From Camelus dromedarius (Eukaryota), in NCBI RefSeq assembly GCF_036321535.1, contig NC_087445.1, forward strand, positions 78,120,001 to 78,184,000: a stretch of DNA of 64,000 nucleotides, given 5' to 3'. Every line of letters starts with the position of its first letter. Position 1 is the first letter of the stretch. Made by a program: the position numbers and the translations under genes. A model generated the notes under the pieces. That model searched no databases and was not told the origin of the DNA. It worked only from the letters and a program-made list of their open reading frames with translations. Positions 59,040 to 64,000 of this stretch are shown one piece after another.

Positions 59040-60823
59040 AGCTGCACCCTCCCGTTCTCACCAGTGCAAGTCTTGGTCCCAGTTGCTCCCATGTCCGTGA
59101 GCACATGCTGCCGTCTGGGTTTTATTTGCACTGGTTCTGATCTGCGTTTCCTTGATGTCTAATGATGGTGAACATCTTTGGTGAAATGTCTGTGTCTTTT
59201 ACTCATTTTTAAGTCTTTTTTTTATGAAGTCCTGTTTTACCAACTTTTTCTAACACAGATTATGCTTTTAGTGTCATGTCTGAGAGTTCTTTGCCTAACA
59301 CCAGATTACGACGGGTTTCCAGGGTGTCTCACAGAAGTGTGCACTGTTTTACATTTATGCTTCGATCTATGCCACATTTTGAGTTGGTTCTTGTGTAAGG
59401 TGCGAGGTTTAAGTCTGGGTTCACATTTCTTGCATGTGGATGAGTACCTGTTGTAGGACCACACCTTCCATTGTAGCCTCTCTTTCCTCTTGCCTTGTTT
59501 CTGTACATCTGTACAGAATTGCTAAGTCACCGCATTTGTGTGGTCTGTCATTCCATTAATCTGTGCACCTGTTCCTTTTCCAGCACCACTCTGTCTTGAG
59601 GAGTATGTGTTACAGGATCAACTCAATTGGTGTGATTCCTCCAACTTTATTCTTGCCTTTCAGAATTGTTTCAGCTGTTTTTGTTTCTTTGCCAATAGGT
59701 ATAAATTTTAGAATCATCTTATCAGAATCTATGTAAAAAGAAAACTTGCTAGGATTTTGGTTGGAACTGCATTGACTCTGTAGATGAATTTAGGGAAAAT
59801 TGACACAATGTTGAGTCTTCCAATCCCAGAACATAATTGGTCTCCATTTAGATCTCTGGATTCTTTTGTAAATCATCACTTTGTAGGACTCGACACACGT
59901 GTCCTACACGTGTTTCGTTAGGTTTAGACCGAAGCATTTCTTTTTCGAGCTACTGTCAAGTGGGGTTGTTTTTTAAATTTTGGCTTCCAATCATGTGTTC
60001 CTATTGTTTAGAAACACAATTGACTTTTGTGTGCTGTCTTTATATCCTGCATGGTTGAAAACGCACTGTTTCTGGAAGGTGGTTGGATTTGTGTGTATAG
60101 ATTTGGGGGCATTTTATGCATCAACAATCTGATTATCTGTGAAGGGGCAGTTTCATTTCCTCTTTCCCAGTCCCTGTGCCTTTCATTCCTCTCATCTGCC
60201 TTTTCCCTCTGGCTCACCCCTCCTCCCAGCCTGAACAGGTGAGACCGAGGTCCCGCCTTGTTCGCGGGCTTGGGGAAGGCATCCTCTTCCACCACTGAGT
60301 ACAATGCTACCTATAGATTTTTTGTCAGTGGCATTTATCAGGTTGAGTAAGTTCCTTCTACTCCTTGTTTGCTGAGTTTTTATCATGACCAGATGCTCTC
60401 CCACCTGCGTTTACTGCATCAGGTGACATGTCCAAGTGGCTTTTCTCCTATGCTGTTTCTGCTGTTGATAAGCTGGCTGCACTGATTGAGCTCCAAATAT
60501 TGAACCAGCCTTGCATTCCTGGGGTAGACCCCGCTGTTCATTTTGCACATTGCTGATTTGGTTTAGTAGCATCTTGTGGAGCACGTCACAGCTCTGTCTG
60601 TGAGGGGTATTTGTCTATATTTCTTTTTTGTAGCCTTTGCCTGGCTTTGGTGTGGGGGTTATGCTGGTCTTAAATAAAAGGAGTCTGGAAGTGTTGACAT
60701 GTTTGCTGAGGCTTGTTTTGTGACACAGGCTGTGGCGGATGTCCCACGTGAACTTGAAAAGAACGTGTATTCTGTTGCCAAGCGGACTGTGAACACGCCA
60801 GTTAGATTCAGCTGGTTGGTAAC
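59040..60823 (-). mobile_element. L1 ORF2-region fragment, antisense and non-coding
   Basis: Typical antisense L1 ORF2 sequence, e.g. TTTTAGAATCA...GGATTTTGGTTGGAACTGCATTGA...ATGTTGAGTCTTCCAATCC and GGGAAGGCATCC...TTCCACCACTGAGTA. Confidence 0.8.
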
Positions 60824-61246
60824 TGTTGTGGGTTGAACCGTATGCCCCCCACCCTAAAAGGATATGTTGAAGTCCTACCTCACAGTTACTCAGACCATGA
60901 GTTTAATTTGGAAACAGGGTCCTTACAGAGGTCATCAAGTTAAAATGAGGTCATTAGGGGGTGTCCTAAAAAGGGGAAGTGTAGACACAGACATGCCCTG
61001 AGGGAAGATGATGTGAGGAGACTCGGGGAGGGGACGGCCCTGTGGAGACAAGTCAAGGAGCACCAAAGATTGCCAGCAAACCACCAGAGTCTGGGGAGAG
61101 ACAAGGAAGGGTCTCGCCCTGGAAAGTGTGGCCCTGCCAGCACCCTCACCTTGGACTTCCGGCCTCCAAACTATGAAACGAGAAATCCTGCTGTGTTCAG
61201 CTCCCAGTCAGTGGTGCTTCGTTGCGGCAGCCGTGGACACCAACAC
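60824..61246 (+). mobile_element. MaLR LTR (MLT1B/C-like) nested in L1
   Basis: TGTTGTGGGTTGAACCG...GGATATGTTGAAGTCCT...TTTGGAAACAGGGTC...CAAAGATTGCCAGCAAACCACCAG...TTGGACTTCCGGCCTCCA; L1-type sequence lies on both sides. Confidence 0.8.
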
Positions 61247-64000
61247 GGAGGGTGTCAGTTCCTGTGCATCCTGAGGCCTGTTCGTCTGCTGGGTTCATCT
61301 CCCGCTGAGAGAGGAGCGCTTAGTCTCCGCCTGCACCGTGGACGTGTCTCATTCCTCCTTTCGGTTCTGCCGCTGTCCGCTTCGTGTGATTGAGGCCCTG
61401 TAGCGAGGCGCACAGACAATGAGGCTGGTTCTCTCTTCCTGGGGAGGGTGCCCTTGTGCCATCGCGTGGTGCCCCTCTTTGCACAGGGAGAAACTTCCTG
61501 AAATGTGCTTTGACATCAACATGGCCAGTCCTGCTGGTTCTTACTGGTGCTTTTGTGGCGTAAGTTTCCCCACCCTTTACTCTTAACCAACCTGTGTTAC
61601 ATTGGAGTCAGTTTCCGATGGCATGGTTGGACTGCACAGGTTGTTTTGTTTTGTTTTGCTTTACTTTGACAATAACAGAACTATTGATATGCTGGATGTA
61701 ATTTTACCATTTTGTGTTTGTTTTCTGTTGGTTCCGTCTCTGGTTTTGTTCCTCCGTTTCCTGCCTATAATGTTGTAGAATTATTTGAATGTTTTTTAGT
61801 ATTCAATTTTAGTCTATCTGTTGTGCCTCTGACTCTGCAGTTTTGGTGGTTGTCCTAAGGGTCACAGCATACTCCGTTTTTGACAGTTGACTTGGAACGA
61901 GTATTCTTCTCTTAACTGGGACGTAGAGACCTTCCACCCCTGGACCCCTTCTTGCCCCCCCATGTCGCTGTGCGTGCTGTCAGCGTCACCAGACGATGTC
62001 GTAGCCGACTTCCCCTCAGCCGCAGACACATCCAAAGGACGGAGTCCATTAACCGTCTGTGCCGCGGTTCCCTCATGGCGACGTTCAGCGTTTTCTCCTG
62101 ACACCATTTCCTTCCTGTCAGAAGAGCCTGCACTGGCAGTTCTACTAAAGCAGGTGGTTTTCACTGAACACAGAATTCCGGGCTGACAGCCTGTCCTGTT
62201 CCCCGGCGTTTAAAACATCTTGTGCTGCTTCCTGTGGCCTCCATGGCTGCTGATGAGAAGCCTGCGGTCGCCCACGCCGCTGCTCCCTTGGGGCCTAGGT
62301 GTGATTTCTCACTGCTTCGTGACTCTTCGTCTCAGTGTTCAGCAGTTTGGCGCGACGTGTCTGGGTGTGGGTGTCTTTGGGTTTGTCCTGTGTTAGGTTT
62401 GCTTGGCTTCTTAAACCTGTAGGTTTATGTCTTTCACTGTATTTGGAGAAGTTTTCAGCCATTATTTCTTCAAAGCTCTTCCTCCTCTCCAACTCCAGTG
62501 ACACAAACGTTAGAACTTTACTTTTGTCCCACAGGTCCTCACGGCACTGATTTTTTCTTTAGATATCCGTTTTTCTCTTGGTACTGGTTGGAGAATTTCA
62601 GTTGTTCCATCTTTAGTCAAGTTCACTGACTCCTCTGAGGTCTCCATTCTGCTACTGAGTCAATTAGTGAGTTTTAAGTTTTGGTTATTTTAATTTTTGT
62701 TTCTTTGCTGAGATGTTTACATCTTAAAATCCATTGCAAAGTGTGTGTGATTGCCTGTCCCAGCAGTGTGTAATGGCTACCAGAGTCTCAGACAACCTGG
62801 CGGCCCTCGGCACCTGCTCAGCGTCCTTTCTCTGGAGCTGGACTTTTCAGTTCTTTGCGTGCTAGTTAAGTACCTGTGGGGTATATTCTGCAGCTCTGAG
62901 TGTGACTTCATCAGATCTGGGTCTGGTTGAAATCCTGTAGAGAAGATTGATGCCTTTGCTTCACAGGCCCTGGGTCTGGTTAGGCTCAGGCCCACGTTCA
63001 CTGCCATCTGTGGGCCGGACCGAGTGTCAGCCCAGGCCCCAGAGCTGTGCCCTGCATGTGCATGGCCCAGTTCCCAGGCTGGGACTCAGATGCTGCTCTG
63101 CAGAGGCTCTCAGAGCCTGGGGTCTGACCTGCAGCCCGAGGGGAATCCTGGGTGCTCATGACCACTTTGTGGGCTGTTCCCCAGGCTGCTGCCTCTGGTC
63201 TAGGTGCCGGCATTGCGTCTGGGCCTCAGCCCGAGGCCTGGCTCTTGCTACCCTCCTCTGTGTTGCGCCCGTCCTTGGTCCGGTCACACCTGGGTCCATG
63301 CAGCAGGAGAGCCGAGAGCAAAGGGACAGGGGCTCTTGGACTCGCAGCAGTCCCGCACAGCAAGCAAGGCTCCTGTGCGTCCCCGCAGCCCCAGGGGATC
63401 ACCTGGCACTAAAGAACGGGGCAGAACAAAGCTGGGGCCCTTCCTCACTCGCTCAGCTTCACGAGGCTGCTCCCGGGTGCTCACTTCCATGCTGACGGCT
63501 GCGCTGGGCTCAGCCCAGGTACCGGGGTGAGTGCCTGCAGGAGATGCCGCCTCTGCTGCCACTCCTGACCCACTTGCTGCAGCGCCCTTCGCCTCTGCCC
63601 TTTGGCTACACCACGGGAGGCACGGAGCCCCGTGTCTGCTCCACCTCACCTGCACCCCGAGCCCCCGCTCAGAGCTCTGAGGCTTCTCGGTCTCCATGTT
63701 GGGACGCAGGCTCACATCCGCACTGAGCGTGTGGTTCCCCTCCTCGGTCAGACCTCAGCACACGCGTTCTGGGGTCTGTCTTCACACACTCAGGCCCGCG
63801 TCCACACATCTGCCTGCTCCCCCTCCTTCCTCCTGCCCGTTTCCGACAACGTATCTGCTTCTTCCTCCCTTCTGCTTCCCCGTTGTCACATGAGGCAGGT
63901 CTGGGCCAGCCCTCTCCCCGTGCATGCAGCTAATTTTGATCACTCTACATGTTCTCCGTTGGTTCCTTTTTAATTTTTCAATTTCTACGTGTTCTTGATT
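61247..64000 (-). mobile_element. Continuation of old L1 (ORF2 5' / ORF1 / 5' region)
   Basis: e.g. GCTGCTGATGAGAAG...GTTTATGTCTTTCAC..ATTTGGAGAAGTTTTCAGCCATTATTTCTTCAAA, a typical antisense L1M segment. Confidence 0.65.

Noticed and set aside
56300-64000. Additional gene (e.g. the FBXW5 neighbour expected from synteny)
   Set aside because: No exon-like coding sequence recognised; the region is explained by L1 and MaLR fragments.

Overview
Mammalian genomic DNA, very GC-rich in its genic parts, syntenic with the human 9q34.3 block AJM1(+) - PHPT1(+) - MAMDC4(+) - EDF1(-) - TRAF2(+). All five coding structures were rebuilt by hand from GT/AG boundaries with consistent phases: AJM1 975 aa, PHPT1 125 aa, MAMDC4 1217 aa (29 coding exons), EDF1 148 aa and TRAF2 523 aa. 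Three short tRNA-derived SINEs resemble the camelid vic-1 type, so the source is probably alpaca, llama or camel (inference). The EDF1-TRAF2 gap holds a G-rich minisatellite, a decayed class I ERV (two related LTRs around an env remnant), L1/L2 fragments and a 136-N gap. The last 8 kb is almost all old L1 with nested MaLR LTRs. I found no wholly new gene system. The strongest leads are a 22-aa insertion in TRAF2 before the coiled coil, a triplicated ~100-bp TRAF2 promoter module, a possible divergent transcript from the PHPT1 promoter ending at a palindromic bidirectional poly(A) site, a strong-Kozak spliced uORF ahead of AJM1, an excess of 3n introns in MAMDC4, and the env relic. Comparisons with human, mouse or repeat consensus sequences are from memory and need database confirmation.
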